This document shows positions 1 through 9,398 of a stretch of 64,000 bases of DNA, in pieces. The first letter of the stretch is position 1; each line of letters starts with the position of its first letter. This DNA is from Terricaulis sp. (lineage in GTDB: Bacteria; Pseudomonadota; Alphaproteobacteria; Caulobacterales; Aquidulcibacteraceae), in the NCBI GenBank assembly GCA_040080805.1, contig JBEBHQ010000006.1, positions 380 to 64,379 of the forward strand, given 5' to 3'. The position numbers and the translations under genes were made by a program. Below the pieces are notes generated by a model, which saw nothing but the letters and a program-made list of their open reading frames with translations, was not told where the DNA came from and made no database searches.

Positions 1-310
1 CCGCCGGCGGCAGGCGCCATTGACGAGGCCGCTACAAAACGCGATTGCACCACCGCTTGCCGGGCGTTGCGGGAGGCGTCGAGTTCGCGCCAGACCGAGG
101 CGTTCACGGCTTCGACGCGCGAGGGCGCGGAAAATGCGCGGCAGTCAGCGTGTAGCCGATCAACGCTCCGGTTTGTTCAACCAGATGCGCGGCCACCTCG
201 CGCGCTGATGTTTGACAAGCGCGCATCAAACAGTTTGTCGGTCCGATTTCCAAGCGCGTCCTGCATGGCATCGCATTCCTACGCCATATAATGGCGCCGG
301 TCTGCCCCAT

Positions 311-619
311 TCAGGCCCGGCGTCGGCTTGGACGAGCCGGGATTGCTCGGCCAATCTTCACATCGACATGCAGACCCGCCGCCGAAGCCATGTTGACCAG
401 GATGTCGATGCTGAACAGATCGATCTTGCCGCGCACAAGATCGGAAATGCGCGGTTGTGTGACGCCAAACAGTTTCGCGGCCTGGGCCTGGCTCAGCCCG
501 GCGCGCGCTATATGATCGCGCACCGCCATCATCAGCGCCGACCGCAGCTTCATGTTTTCAGCAGCAGCTGGGCTCACCTCGATGGCATCCCAAACGCTTG
601 CATACCTCTTGCCGCTCAT
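311..619 (-). CDS. XRE-family HTH antitoxin (HigA-like)
   Basis: 102-aa ORF with an HTH segment GLSQAQAAKLFGVTQPRISDLVRGK. Its start overlaps the stop of the upstream toxin ORF by 4 nt. Confidence 0.8.
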   Translation of the reverse strand: MSGKRYASVWDAIEVSPAAAENMKLRSALMMAVRDHIARAGLSQAQAAKLFGVTQPRISDLVRGKIDLFSIDILVNMASAAGLHVDVKIGRAIPARPSRRRA

Positions 620-957
620 GACCGCATCTCCTTCACCAGTTCCTTGTACCGCTCAACGGCCAGGGCGATGTCTTCGCGACTGGTCCGTTGCGCCTTCTTC
701 TGAAAGCAGTGCAACACGAAGATCGCCTGCGCGAATTTCGCAACATAGATCACCCGAAACGCCCCGCGCGGCTCGCGTATGCGTATTTCGCGCACGCCCG
801 AGCCGATTGCCTTCATGGGCTTCCAATCGTCCGGGTCATTGCCGTTCTGGACGCGGTCGAGTTGGAAACCGGCTTCGCGCCTGGCCCCGTCGGGAAAAGC
901 GCGAAGGTCGTCCAAAGCGGTTCCCCGAAACTCTATTGGCTTTGCCGCCTTTGGCAC
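616..957 (-). CDS. RelE/ParE-superfamily toxin (HigB / Gp49-like)
   Basis: 113-aa ORF with a GTG start. The C-terminal half (GVREIRIREPRGAFRVIYVAKFAQAIFVLHCFQKK) resembles Gp49/HigB-type toxins. The toxin-first order with a downstream XRE antitoxin is the HigBA arrangement. Confidence 0.8.
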   Translation of the reverse strand: MPKAAKPIEFRGTALDDLRAFPDGARREAGFQLDRVQNGNDPDDWKPMKAIGSGVREIRIREPRGAFRVIYVAKFAQAIFVLHCFQKKAQRTSREDIALAVERYKELVKEMRS

Positions 958-1048
958 ATTCTACCTATATACAAGTATCTATATAAGCGGCAAGCCCTGT
1001 ATTGCAACGACGGCCGCCGCCGGCGCCGCCGCCGCCAGCCAGCTGGGC

Positions 1049-1261
1049 CTACCGCGATTCCCGACCGTACTCGCTGGTGGAACGATGCGCTCGCCCGGCG
1101 GCCCATTCATCGAGCACGCGGTCGATGTAGCGCACCAGGCGCGGGCCATATTTCACGAACGGCGGGCCTTCGCCGGTGACGCGCCAGCGATTGAGCGTGT
1201 GCTTGGAGATTTTCAAACGCGACGCGGCTTCTTCGACGGTGAGCAAAATATCGGCGGACAT
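1049..1261 (-). CDS. Excisionase/AlpA-type helix-turn-helix DNA-binding protein
   Basis: ORF track 1049..1297. The segment LLTVEEAASRLKISKHTLNRWRVTGEGPPFVKYG is a typical excisionase-family HTH. The ATG at 1261 is preferred, but the upstream ATG at 1297 is possible. Confidence 0.65.
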   Translation of the reverse strand: MSADILLTVEEAASRLKISKHTLNRWRVTGEGPPFVKYGPRLVRYIDRVLDEWAAGRAHRSTSEYGRESR

Positions 1262-1544
1262 GCGTTGTCTCCTTGTCGCTTGCAGCATCGAATTCAACGC
1301 CGCGCATGCGTTAAGGAAAACGCCGCTATCGCGCGCTCACCAGCGCTTTCTTCCGGCGTTTGAAAACATGATTTGGCGGGCAAGCCGTGGGCCCGTTTCC
1401 TTGCGTTTCCGACGCGGCTCAGGCTGGCTCACGAAAACCCTCGCCGCCCGCCCTTGGCCCTTATTGTCCCATATTAGCCCAGCGCCACAATTCGCGCGGG
1501 CGATGAAAACTGGAATCGGCCACCCGGCGGAATTCCAGCGCAAC

Positions 1545-1907
1545 TCAGCGTTTGGCGCTGTTGTCGTCCAAGAATTTCTCGAGATCGGCGGGCCTATAGG
1601 CCACCAAGCGCGCACCCCGCATCGTCCATTTCGGGCCGATGCTCTTAGCGCGCCAATTCTTCAATGTGCTGACCGACACGCCGAGATATTGCGCCGCCTC
1701 GCCTGGGCTCAACACCACTGGTCGTTCAAGCGCCTCAGAACGCGGCAGCTTTGCCTTCGACGCGTTCACGCGCGGCTTGCGCGCCAGCGCCGCCGGCGCG
1801 ACCTCCAGCGCATCGAACAAGCCCATCTGGCGCGGGTCGATGTCGAACTTTGCCGCCCGTTTGGCCGTTCGCTTTCCGAGCGATTTCGATCGGGTTGGTT
1901 TGGTCAT
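1545..1907 (-). CDS. Excisionase-family HTH DNA-binding protein
   Basis: 120-aa ORF. The C-terminal segment VLSPGEAAQYLGVSVSTLKNWRAKSIGPKW..VAYRPADLEKFL is an MerR/excisionase-type HTH. The N-terminus is basic. Confidence 0.6.
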   Translation of the reverse strand: MTKPTRSKSLGKRTAKRAAKFDIDPRQMGLFDALEVAPAALARKPRVNASKAKLPRSEALERPVVLSPGEAAQYLGVSVSTLKNWRAKSIGPKWTMRGARLVAYRPADLEKFLDDNSAKR

Positions 1908-1963
1908 TGCCTCCGCCTCCGGCCCTCAAGCCAGTCCGAAGCGAGCAAGCGCGAGGCCAGATT

Positions 1964-3343
1964 TCAGCGGCCAAGCCCGAGCCCGCGGCCCAGTTCGAGC
2001 TCCTTGGCAAGCTGTTTCGGAGCAATGAGTTCAACCGCCTTGGCGCCGCCGCGCTCCAACATTCTGACGCCAACCTGATCGCCGATTCCGATCTCCTTGC
2101 CGGCCTTGACTCCCACCAACGCAACCTCGTTGCCACGCCCGATGATCGCGGTGCGACCCGCGAACAAGTGCTTCACCTCGCGCACTTGCCACTCTTGTTC
2201 TGCGCTGAGAGGGGGATCGAATGTCAGGTCGCGATAGACGAGCCCGTGTTCACGGGCATGCGCAAGGCCGGCGCGGTCCAATTCGCCCGCGCGCAATGCC
2301 TCGCGCGCGCCGTCGCGGAAATAGAATTTGCCGCTTTCGCTGCTCACACCCCAGCCTTCGCGCTCCAGATTCTGGGCGCGTTCGCCAAGGGCCTTTTCCA
2401 CTGCTTCCAGGCGTGGCAGCTCGCGCTTCTGCCCACGCCCGATGTGATCAAGTTCGCGGTCAAGCAGGGTGTCGGCGCGTGCGTGCACCTGCGCTGCCAG
2501 CGACTTCGCCGAAATGATTTCGATCTCGGCGCCGCGCCCTCCGGGTTTCAGCGTCACGATGGATCCCTGCTCCAAACCCTCGATCTCGCGCATGCCGGTG
2601 TTGAGCAACACGCGGCCATGGGAAGGGGACTCCAGCACCACCAGCGCGCGATCGGGATTGTCGCCGCGTGGGCCCAATTCCTTGACCTCGCCGACGACGC
2701 GGCCAAGCTTGGGTTCGTACAGACGCCCTCGCGCCAGCTCACGGCGGATGTCCAAGGGACGCGCCGCCTCCAAGCGCTCCAGCCAGTCGGGTTCAAAGGC
2801 AAGCACGTTGCGCCGGGTCTCCTGCGCCAAGCCCATCGCTTCCAATTCACGCGCCCGGGCGCGCAGAGCGTTGGCAAAGTCCGGCGCTTGACCCCGCCCC
2901 AGCTCTTGCATCCGCACTTCGCGGCTTTCGTTGAGTTCGGGCTCCAACGCCCGGTCCAAGCGATTGAGACTGCGCGCTTGCACTTCCCGGTCGAGCCGCA
3001 GCCGCTCATCGGCGATGGACCGTTCGCCAAGGATGCCGGTGGCCACATCGCGGGCGGCCTCGCGCAGTCCGTGGGACACATAGTCGCGCGGCAGCAGCAG
3101 CTCGGCCCCGTCCCGGCGCACGCCGCGCACGATCACATGCACATGGGGATTGTCGGTGTTGTGGTGGTCGACCGCCACCCAGTCGAGTTCCACGCCGAGA
3201 TCGCGCTCCATTTTTTCCATCGTGCTGCGCGTGAAATCCTTGAGATCGCCGTCCTCGCCGACCATCCGCGCTCCGCTCTCCGGCGCCAGCATCAGCCGGA
3301 AATGGCGCCTATCCTCGACGCTGCAGAAATGGAAACTGGTCAT
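1964..3343 (-). pseudogene. 5'-truncated MOB relaxase (VirD2/DUF3363 type)
   Basis: Homology by memory starts at DRRHFRLMLAPE and includes the relaxase histidine motif HHNTDNPHVHVIVRG plus a long DUF3363-like tail. The roughly 100 N-terminal residues that carry the catalytic Tyr region in full-length relatives are absent. The remaining 5' end abuts the rhs start on the opposite strand. Confidence 0.7.
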
Positions 3344-6300
3344 GGCGCGCAAGAGCACGGTGATCGTCACGCGTTTGATCTCTGCCGCGATCGCCGCGAT
3401 CATCTTGTTAGGTCTAGGCGCTGCCTCAGCGAGCGCTCAAGTCGCGCCGCCCCCGGTTCGGACCGCGACCGACGCCAATGGGGTTGATCTTCTCGACGGA
3501 ACGCTGCGGTTGGCCATGCCGAGCATTTCGGTCGGCCAACCTGGCGCAGGCGGCCTCGTCTACACACGCACCTACGACAGCTCCGCGCTGACATGGCGGG
3601 ACGCTTTCGCCGGCGGCGTCCAACGGACCGGAAACTTCAATCTACGCAGGGCGGTGACGCTATTCGGCCGAACATACGTGTTTGGTCCCCCCGGCGCAGG
3701 ATATCCACCACTAGAAGCTGACGGATCCACGCTTACCTTTGACGCCACAACCAACACCTACACGCTGACGACGCCAGACGGCGCGGTCGCCGTGTACTCC
3801 AAAACACTTGCTGGCACATCACCAACGGTGGCGGACGAAGGCCGCATCGTTTCCTACACCGACCCAGGTGGCGTGATTACTACTTTCACCTACACAGTTT
3901 TGAATAGCGGCACGCAACGCCTTCAATCGATCACCAATAGCCTCGGCTACCAGATCGCTTACCGGTATCAAAACAATGATCCAAGCACAGGCGGACTGAC
4001 TCTGCTTGAGGTGATGGCGATCAACAATTCCATCGATTATTGCGCGCCTAGCGCCAATGGTTGCGCGGGAATGACGCAAACTTGGCCGCGACTCACCTTC
4101 GACGCCGCCACGCCAACGACGGTAACCGACGTGCTCGGTCGCGTCACGCGGTACAGCTATGCTGGTGGCCGCCTTAGCGGGCTGCGCCGGCCGTCAAGCG
4201 CCATTGACAATGTGACATTCGCATATGCGAATGGCAGGGTTGCGAGTGTAAGCAACGGTACAGGCAATTGGACATATGCCTATGTCGATAATCCCGACGA
4301 TACGCGTACGACGACCGTCACCGATCCATTGTCGCATCAGCGCGTCGTCGTCAGCAACCTAGCCACCAACTTGGTGCAAAGCGACCGTGACGCGCTCAAT
4401 CGCACGACCAGCTTTCAGTACGATTCCAGTAGCCGCATCACGCGGGTTACGCATCCCGAAGGCAACAATGCCCAATTCGTCTACGATGGGCGCGGCAACT
4501 TAACGAGCACGACGCACGCAGCGAAGGCCGGCTCGGGCCTCGCCAACATCGTCACCAGCGCATCCTATCCGACGACATGCACAAACCAGCGCACATGCAA
4601 TCAGCCCACGTCCGTGAGCGATGCGCGCGGCAATGTCACCGACTTCACTTACGATCCCACGCACGGGGGCGTTCTAACCATCACCGCGCCCGACCCCGAC
4701 GGGGCGGGGCCAGCGGTGCGCCCGCAAACGCGCATCGCTTACCAACAGCTCAGCGCCTATTACAAGAACAGTTCTGGCGCGATTGTCGCTGGGCCGGCGC
4801 TGTGGCTGCCCACGGAAATCTCCGCGTGCGCCACCACGGCCTCCTGCGCCAATGGCGCGGATGAAACCCGCACCGTTATCGATTACGGCGCCAATGGCGT
4901 CGCCAATAATCGGCTTCCGGTCGCCACGACCGTCCGTGCCGGCAATAATGCTGTCTCCGCCAGCTCCAGCGTCGCCTACGACGCCATCGGCAATCCCACC
5001 GCCGTCGATGGCCCGCTCTCGGGAACCGCCGACACCACGCGCACCTATTACGACGCCGCGCGTCAGGTGATCGGCGTGGTTGGGCCCGATCCGGATGGCG
5101 CGGGCACGGGCGCGCTCAAGCCGCGCGCACAACGCTTCAGCTACAATCTCGATGGCCAGGTCGCCAGCGTGGAGACCGGCACGGTCAACGCCGTCACTGA
5201 CGCTTGGCCCACGACTTTCGCCGCGCTTGAGCAAGCCAATCTCGCTTACGACGCCATCGGGCGCAACACGCGCCGCGATTTCGTGGCGGGCGGCGGCACG
5301 CAGGCGGTGACCCAATACAGCTACGACGCGGCCAATCGTCTGGAATGCGCGGCGCTGCGCATGAACCCGGGCGTGTTCGGGTCCCTGCCCGGCGCGTGCG
5401 CGCTCTCCACGCAAGGCGCGCACGGTCCCGACCGGATCTCCCGCAACACCTACACCAACGCCGATGAGATCGCCTCGGTGACCTCCGGTTACGCCACACC
5501 CTCCCCGATCGTGGAGGCGGCGAGCACCTATTCGGCCAACGGCCTGCGCGCGAGCTTGGCCGATGGGGCGGGCAATGTGTCGGTGTTTGTGTATGACGGC
5601 CACGACCGGCTCTCGCGCCTGCGCTATCCCAACGCGTCAGGCGGGGGAACCAGCACCGCCGACTATGAGGAGTACAGCTACGATGCCGCCGGCAATGTCA
5701 CGCAGACGCGGCGGCGCGATGGGCAGCTGATCGGCGCGAGCTATGATGGGCTGGGGCGCGTGACGCTCATGGATGCGCCGGGCACGGGCAATGATGTCAC
5801 GTACGCCTACGACAATTTCTCGCGCCAGACCGCGGCCGGGTCGCTGACCTTTGCCTATGACCAACTCTCGCGGCTGACCAGCGCAGTGGCTGCCCAGGGG
5901 AGTGTGAGCTATCTTTATGACGCCGCCAGCCGGCGCACGCGGATGACCTGGCCGGATGGATTCTACGTGACCTATGACTATGATCTCACCAATGCGATGA
6001 CCGCCGTGCGCGAGAATGGCGCGGCGGCGGGCGCGGGCGTGCTGGCGGCGTTCACGTACGACAATCTGGGCCGGCGCGTGGCGCTCACGCGCGGCAATGG
6101 CGCGGTGACGAACTATGCTTACGACACGGCGTCGCGCCTCCAAACGCTGACGCAGGATTTGCCGGGGACGAGTTATGATCAGACTTACGGGCTGTCGTAC
6201 AATGCCGCCTCCCAAGTGACGCAGCGCAGCGGCTCGAACGCGGCCTACGATCTCTCCGCTCCAGCCAACGGAAATATCGCCTATGCCGACAATGGCTTGA

Positions 6301-7553
6301 ACCAGTACACGAGCGTCGCGGGGGCCACGCCCAGCTACGACGCGCGTGGCAATCTCACGGGCTATGGGGGCGCGACGTATGCGTATGACATCTTCAACCG
6401 TCTGATCTCCGCGACACCCGCGAGCGGGGCCGCGGCGAGCTTGAGCTACGATTCCGCGGGTCGCTTGGCGCAGGTCGCGGGCGCCTCAACCACGCGCTTC
6501 CTCTACGATGGCGCCGACATGATCGCGGAATACAATAGCTCCAACGCATTGCAGCGCCGCACCGTGCATGGCCCCGGCGTGGACGAACCCTTGGTCTGGT
6601 ACGAGGGCGCCGGCACAGCCGATCGCCGCTATCTGATCACCGATCAGCTCGGCTCCATCGTCGCCGCCAATGGCGACACGATCACGGTCAATGCCTACGA
6701 TGAATATGGGCAACCGGCCGCAGCCAACACCGGCCGCTTCCAATACACCGGCCAGATGTGGCTCGGCGAGGCCCAACTCTATCACTACAAGGCGCGGGCG
6801 TATCATCCAGGCCTCGGCCGCTTCAACCAAAGCGACCCGATCGGCTTCGGCGGCGGCATGAATCTGTACGCCTATGTGGGCAATGATCCGGTGAATTTCA
6901 TTGATCCGTGGGGGCTGCAAGAGTCGCCCCTCCCAGGATGTCACCTCGACGCGTGTCCAAGTGACGACGGCGGCGTCGTTGTCACAGCGTGCCCGACAAA
7001 TTCCATCTGCAGCGCCTTCTGGATCGAGAGATTTTTGGAGAATCTCATCGGTCCCGTCGCGCCGAGCGTCGCTGAATCTGCATTCCGCAGCGTTGGGCAC
7101 GACTACACGGTAACCAACAAAGTCTGTAACGCCGCCTTAGGCCCAGCCGCACAGGCAGAAGCCTTGGGGTCGGCTGCATATCCGGGGCAGAATCCCAATT
7201 CCCAGGTGCAGAGCGGACAATTCTATATTGTGATCGATCCGCGCAACGGCCTGCCAGGCGGCATCGTGCGGTCCACGGTCCGCGATGGCGGATACAGTGT
7301 CACCAATGTCACCACGCCGCTGCATGTGTTCGCTGGTCGGGTAGACCGAACCATTTTTGCAAATGCGACGGGAACTTATGTCACAACCCACGGCGTCGGC
7401 ACGAGCCCTGGCATCATATTGCCGCCGCCCATGGGGGTGAATATTCCTGGTCCGGTTCTGGACGCTATCAACCAGTCACAGGGTCCGGAATTATTCAACG
7501 CCGTGGACGGTGCGTTGGCGGAACGCTTAGCGGAAAGCAATCCCGCATGCTGA
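3342..7553 (+). CDS. Rhs-family polymorphic toxin (YD-repeat shell, RHS core, variable C-terminal tip) with an N-terminal Sec signal peptide
   Basis: 1403 aa counted from the ATG at 3342. The N-terminus MARKSTVIVTRLISAAIAAIILLGLGAASASA-Q looks like a signal peptide. Many YD repeats are present (YxYDxxGNxT, YDxxGR). The core terminus is YHYKARAYHPGLGRFNQSDPIGFGGGMNLYAYVGNDPVNFIDPWGL, ending at 6917, followed by a 211-aa tail. Confidence 0.92.
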   Translation: MARKSTVIVTRLISAAIAAIILLGLGAASASAQVAPPPVRTATDANGVDLLDGTLRLAMPSISVGQPGAGGLVYTRTYDSSALTWRDAFAGGVQRTGNFNLRRAVTLFGRTYVFGPPGAGYPPLEADGSTLTFDATTNTYTLTTPDGAVAVYSKTLAGTSPTVADEGRIVSYTDPGGVITTFTYTVLNSGTQRLQSITNSLGYQIAYRYQNNDPSTGGLTLLEVMAINNSIDYCAPSANGCAGMTQTWPRLTFDAATPTTVTDVLGRVTRYSYAGGRLSGLRRPSSAIDNVTFAYANGRVASVSNGTGNWTYAYVDNPDDTRTTTVTDPLSHQRVVVSNLATNLVQSDRDALNRTTSFQYDSSSRITRVTHPEGNNAQFVYDGRGNLTSTTHAAKAGSGLANIVTSASYPTTCTNQRTCNQPTSVSDARGNVTDFTYDPTHGGVLTITAPDPDGAGPAVRPQTRIAYQQLSAYYKNSSGAIVAGPALWLPTEISACATTASCANGADETRTVIDYGANGVANNRLPVATTVRAGNNAVSASSSVAYDAIGNPTAVDGPLSGTADTTRTYYDAARQVIGVVGPDPDGAGTGALKPRAQRFSYNLDGQVASVETGTVNAVTDAWPTTFAALEQANLAYDAIGRNTRRDFVAGGGTQAVTQYSYDAANRLECAALRMNPGVFGSLPGACALSTQGAHGPDRISRNTYTNADEIASVTSGYATPSPIVEAASTYSANGLRASLADGAGNVSVFVYDGHDRLSRLRYPNASGGGTSTADYEEYSYDAAGNVTQTRRRDGQLIGASYDGLGRVTLMDAPGTGNDVTYAYDNFSRQTAAGSLTFAYDQLSRLTSAVAAQGSVSYLYDAASRRTRMTWPDGFYVTYDYDLTNAMTAVRENGAAAGAGVLAAFTYDNLGRRVALTRGNGAVTNYAYDTASRLQTLTQDLPGTSYDQTYGLSYNAASQVTQRSGSNAAYDLSAPANGNIAYADNGLNQYTSVAGATPSYDARGNLTGYGGATYAYDIFNRLISATPASGAAASLSYDSAGRLAQVAGASTTRFLYDGADMIAEYNSSNALQRRTVHGPGVDEPLVWYEGAGTADRRYLITDQLGSIVAANGDTITVNAYDEYGQPAAANTGRFQYTGQMWLGEAQLYHYKARAYHPGLGRFNQSDPIGFGGGMNLYAYVGNDPVNFIDPWGLQESPLPGCHLDACPSDDGGVVVTACPTNSICSAFWIERFLENLIGPVAPSVAESAFRSVGHDYTVTNKVCNAALGPAAQAEALGSAAYPGQNPNSQVQSGQFYIVIDPRNGLPGGIVRSTVRDGGYSVTNVTTPLHVFAGRVDRTIFANATGTYVTTHGVGTSPGIILPPPMGVNIPGPVLDAINQSQGPELFNAVDGALAERLAESNPAC
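6918..7550 (+). other. Rhs C-terminal toxin tip (CT domain), family not recognised
   Basis: This is the sequence after the DPWGL demarcation motif. It is Cys-rich at the start (GCHLDACPSDDGGVVVTACPTNSICS). It looks less G+C-rich than the repeat core. Confidence 0.7.
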
Positions 7554-8032
7554 ACCGTCGCGCCCTCTTGGTCTCGCCGCTTGCCACGTTTGCGTTGGCC
7601 AGCTGCGGGCCAGGTTCGTTCGAATTGTACAAGGTCCCGCTGCGCGAGGCGGACATTGCCTTGCCGCCGGAGCGAACCGCCGATCTGTTGCGGGCGTTGC
7701 GAGCATTCGCGCGTGAGAACGGATTTCGCTTCGCTGTTCGGGAGTTTCGGTCAAGGATCGGAACAAGTCACGCGTTTGAGATGCGCCGGCGCGATCTGTG
7801 GATTGCGGGCGTCAACCCGCTCAAGGATACGCCGCACTACAATCCCCCGTTGGATCCGGATGGGAACTTGATCATGGAGGTTGATCAGGGCACATTCGCG
7901 GTCACTTTCGTACGCGGTGATCGGGACCCCGAACCGGCCACACTTGATGCAATGGTTCAGGCCTTTATTGCCACCATGGAACGGGTGCCGGGCGTGACCG
8001 TCATGATTACGCGCGCGCATTCGCCATATTAA
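7547..8032 (+). CDS. Putative cognate immunity lipoprotein for the Rhs tip
   Basis: 161-aa ORF whose start overlaps the rhs stop (ATGCTGA). It has a signal peptide with lipobox LASC. Its position directly after a polymorphic-toxin tip is the canonical immunity slot. Confidence 0.6.
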   Translation: MLNRRALLVSPLATFALASCGPGSFELYKVPLREADIALPPERTADLLRALRAFARENGFRFAVREFRSRIGTSHAFEMRRRDLWIAGVNPLKDTPHYNPPLDPDGNLIMEVDQGTFAVTFVRGDRDPEPATLDAMVQAFIATMERVPGVTVMITRAHSPY

Positions 8033-8050
8033 GCGGTGACGCAACATTCT

Positions 8051-9078
8051 TACAACGCGGCCAATCGTCTGGAATGCGCGGCGCTGCGCATATGCCGATG
8101 AGATCGCCTCGGTGACCTCCGGTTACGCCACACCCTCCCCGATCGTGGAGGCGGCGAGCACCTATTCGGCCAACGGCCTGCGCGCGAGCTTGGCCGATGG
8201 GGCGGGCAATGTGTCGGTGTTTGTGTATGACGGCCACGACCGGCTCTCGCGCCTGCGCTATCCCAACGCGTCAGGCGGGGGAACCAGCGCCACCGACTAT
8301 GAGGAGTACAGCTACGATGCCGCCGGCAATGTCACGCAGACGCGCCGCCGCGATGGGCAGCTGATCGGCGCGGCGTACGATGCGCTGGGGCGCGTGACGC
8401 TGATGGATGCGCCGGGGACGGCGAATGACGTGACCTATGCCTACGACAATTTCTCGCGGCAGACCGGCGTGGGCTCGCTCAGTTTTGCCTACGACCAGCT
8501 GTCGCGGCTGACCAGCGCTGTGGCGGCGCAGGGGAGCGTGAGCTATCTTTATGACGCGGCTTCCCGGCGCACGCGGATGACCTGGCCGGATGGGTTCTAT
8601 GTGACCACCGATTACGACCTCACCAACGCGGTGACCGCCATGCGCGAGAATGGCGCGGCGTCGGGCGCGGGCGTGCTGGCGAGTTTCGCGTATGACAATC
8701 TCGGGCGTCGTGTGTCGCTCACGCGCGGCAATGGCGCGGTGACGGCTTATGCGTACGATGCGGCCTCGCGGCTGGCGAGCTTGACGCAGGATTTGCCGGG
8801 CACGGCTTTCGATCAGACTTATGGGCTGAGCTACAATGCAGCTTCCCAAGTGACGCAGCGCACCGGCGCGAACGCGGCCTACGATCTGCCCGCGCCGGCC
8901 AACGGAACCACGGCCTATGCCGATAATGGCTTGAACCAGTACACCTCCGTTGCGGGCGCCGCGCCGAGCTACGATGCGCGCGGCAATCTCACGGCGCTAG
9001 GCGGGGCGACGTATGGGTACGACATCTTCAATCGTCTGATCTCGGCAACGCCGGCGGGCGGGGCCGCGACGACGCTGC
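8051..9078 (+). pseudogene. Orphan rhs core fragment (duplicate of 5322-6444, internally deleted, no core end or tip)
   Basis: 8051-8091 matches 5322-5362, and 8092-9078 matches 5458-6444. About 95 nt (5363-5457) are missing, which breaks the frame (stop after ..AALRICR). The track ORF 8112..9332 restarts at an internal GTG. Homology stops well before the RHS core end. Confidence 0.85.
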
Positions 9079-9398
9079 GCGTGACGAAATTCCACCCGGA
9101 CCCGGCCGATCGCAGGCGGCCGCAATATTTCGAGGTTGGCGGCTATCGATTTTCGCAGTTGGGTGCTGCACCCACGCCGGCCCTCCACCGAACGCTTCAC
9201 TCCGGGGGTCCCGACCTCACCGGCCAGTGCGTGAAAATCGCGTTCAACGAACGTAATGAGATTCTCTGGCTTGGCATTCGCCGTTCCGGTTGCGCGGGCG
9301 AGCCGGTGGCCGCAGATATCGGCCCGCCATAATCCAGCCTGAAGCGGGCACAGCTGTCGAAGGGGGTCGCTCCAGGTGTGTATTTGGGACCCAGTTCC

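Noticed and set aside
1-310. Possible partial gene at the window start (minus-strand frame ...ASVWRELDASRNARQAVVQSRF..., or ORF 104..310)
   Set aside because: The sequence is too short and unrecognisable, and no motif supports a call.
1751-3487. 578-aa plus-strand ORF, together with similar long ORFs antisense to real genes (for example 14241..15281, 16841..18028, 31553..32518, 37921..39045, 62677..63873)
   Set aside because: These are Arg/Ala/Pro/Gly-rich translations with no domain signatures. Each lies opposite a gene with an unmistakable family match. They are typical open-frame artefacts of G+C-rich DNA.
4674-5603. Minus-strand ORFs 4674..5603 and 8007..8237 share an identical N-terminus (MAVIHKHRHIARPIGQARAQAVG...), which could look like a duplicated gene
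   Set aside because: They are the antisense reading of the duplicated rhs segment (5458-6444 versus 8092-9078). The identity reflects the DNA repeat and not a protein family.
3342-7553. T6SS-dependent Rhs effector
   Set aside because: There is no PAAR domain at the N-terminus and no vgrG, hcp, tss or chaperone (EagR/DUF1795) genes anywhere in the 64 kb. The N-terminus looks like a Sec signal instead. T6SS delivery encoded from elsewhere in the genome cannot be excluded.
9079-9332. Tail of ORF 8112..9332 considered as a novel alternative Rhs toxin tip
   Set aside because: The orphan loses rhs homology about 150 codons before the core end, and no DPxGL-type demarcation motif is present. The tail is more likely out-of-context sequence read through by chance.
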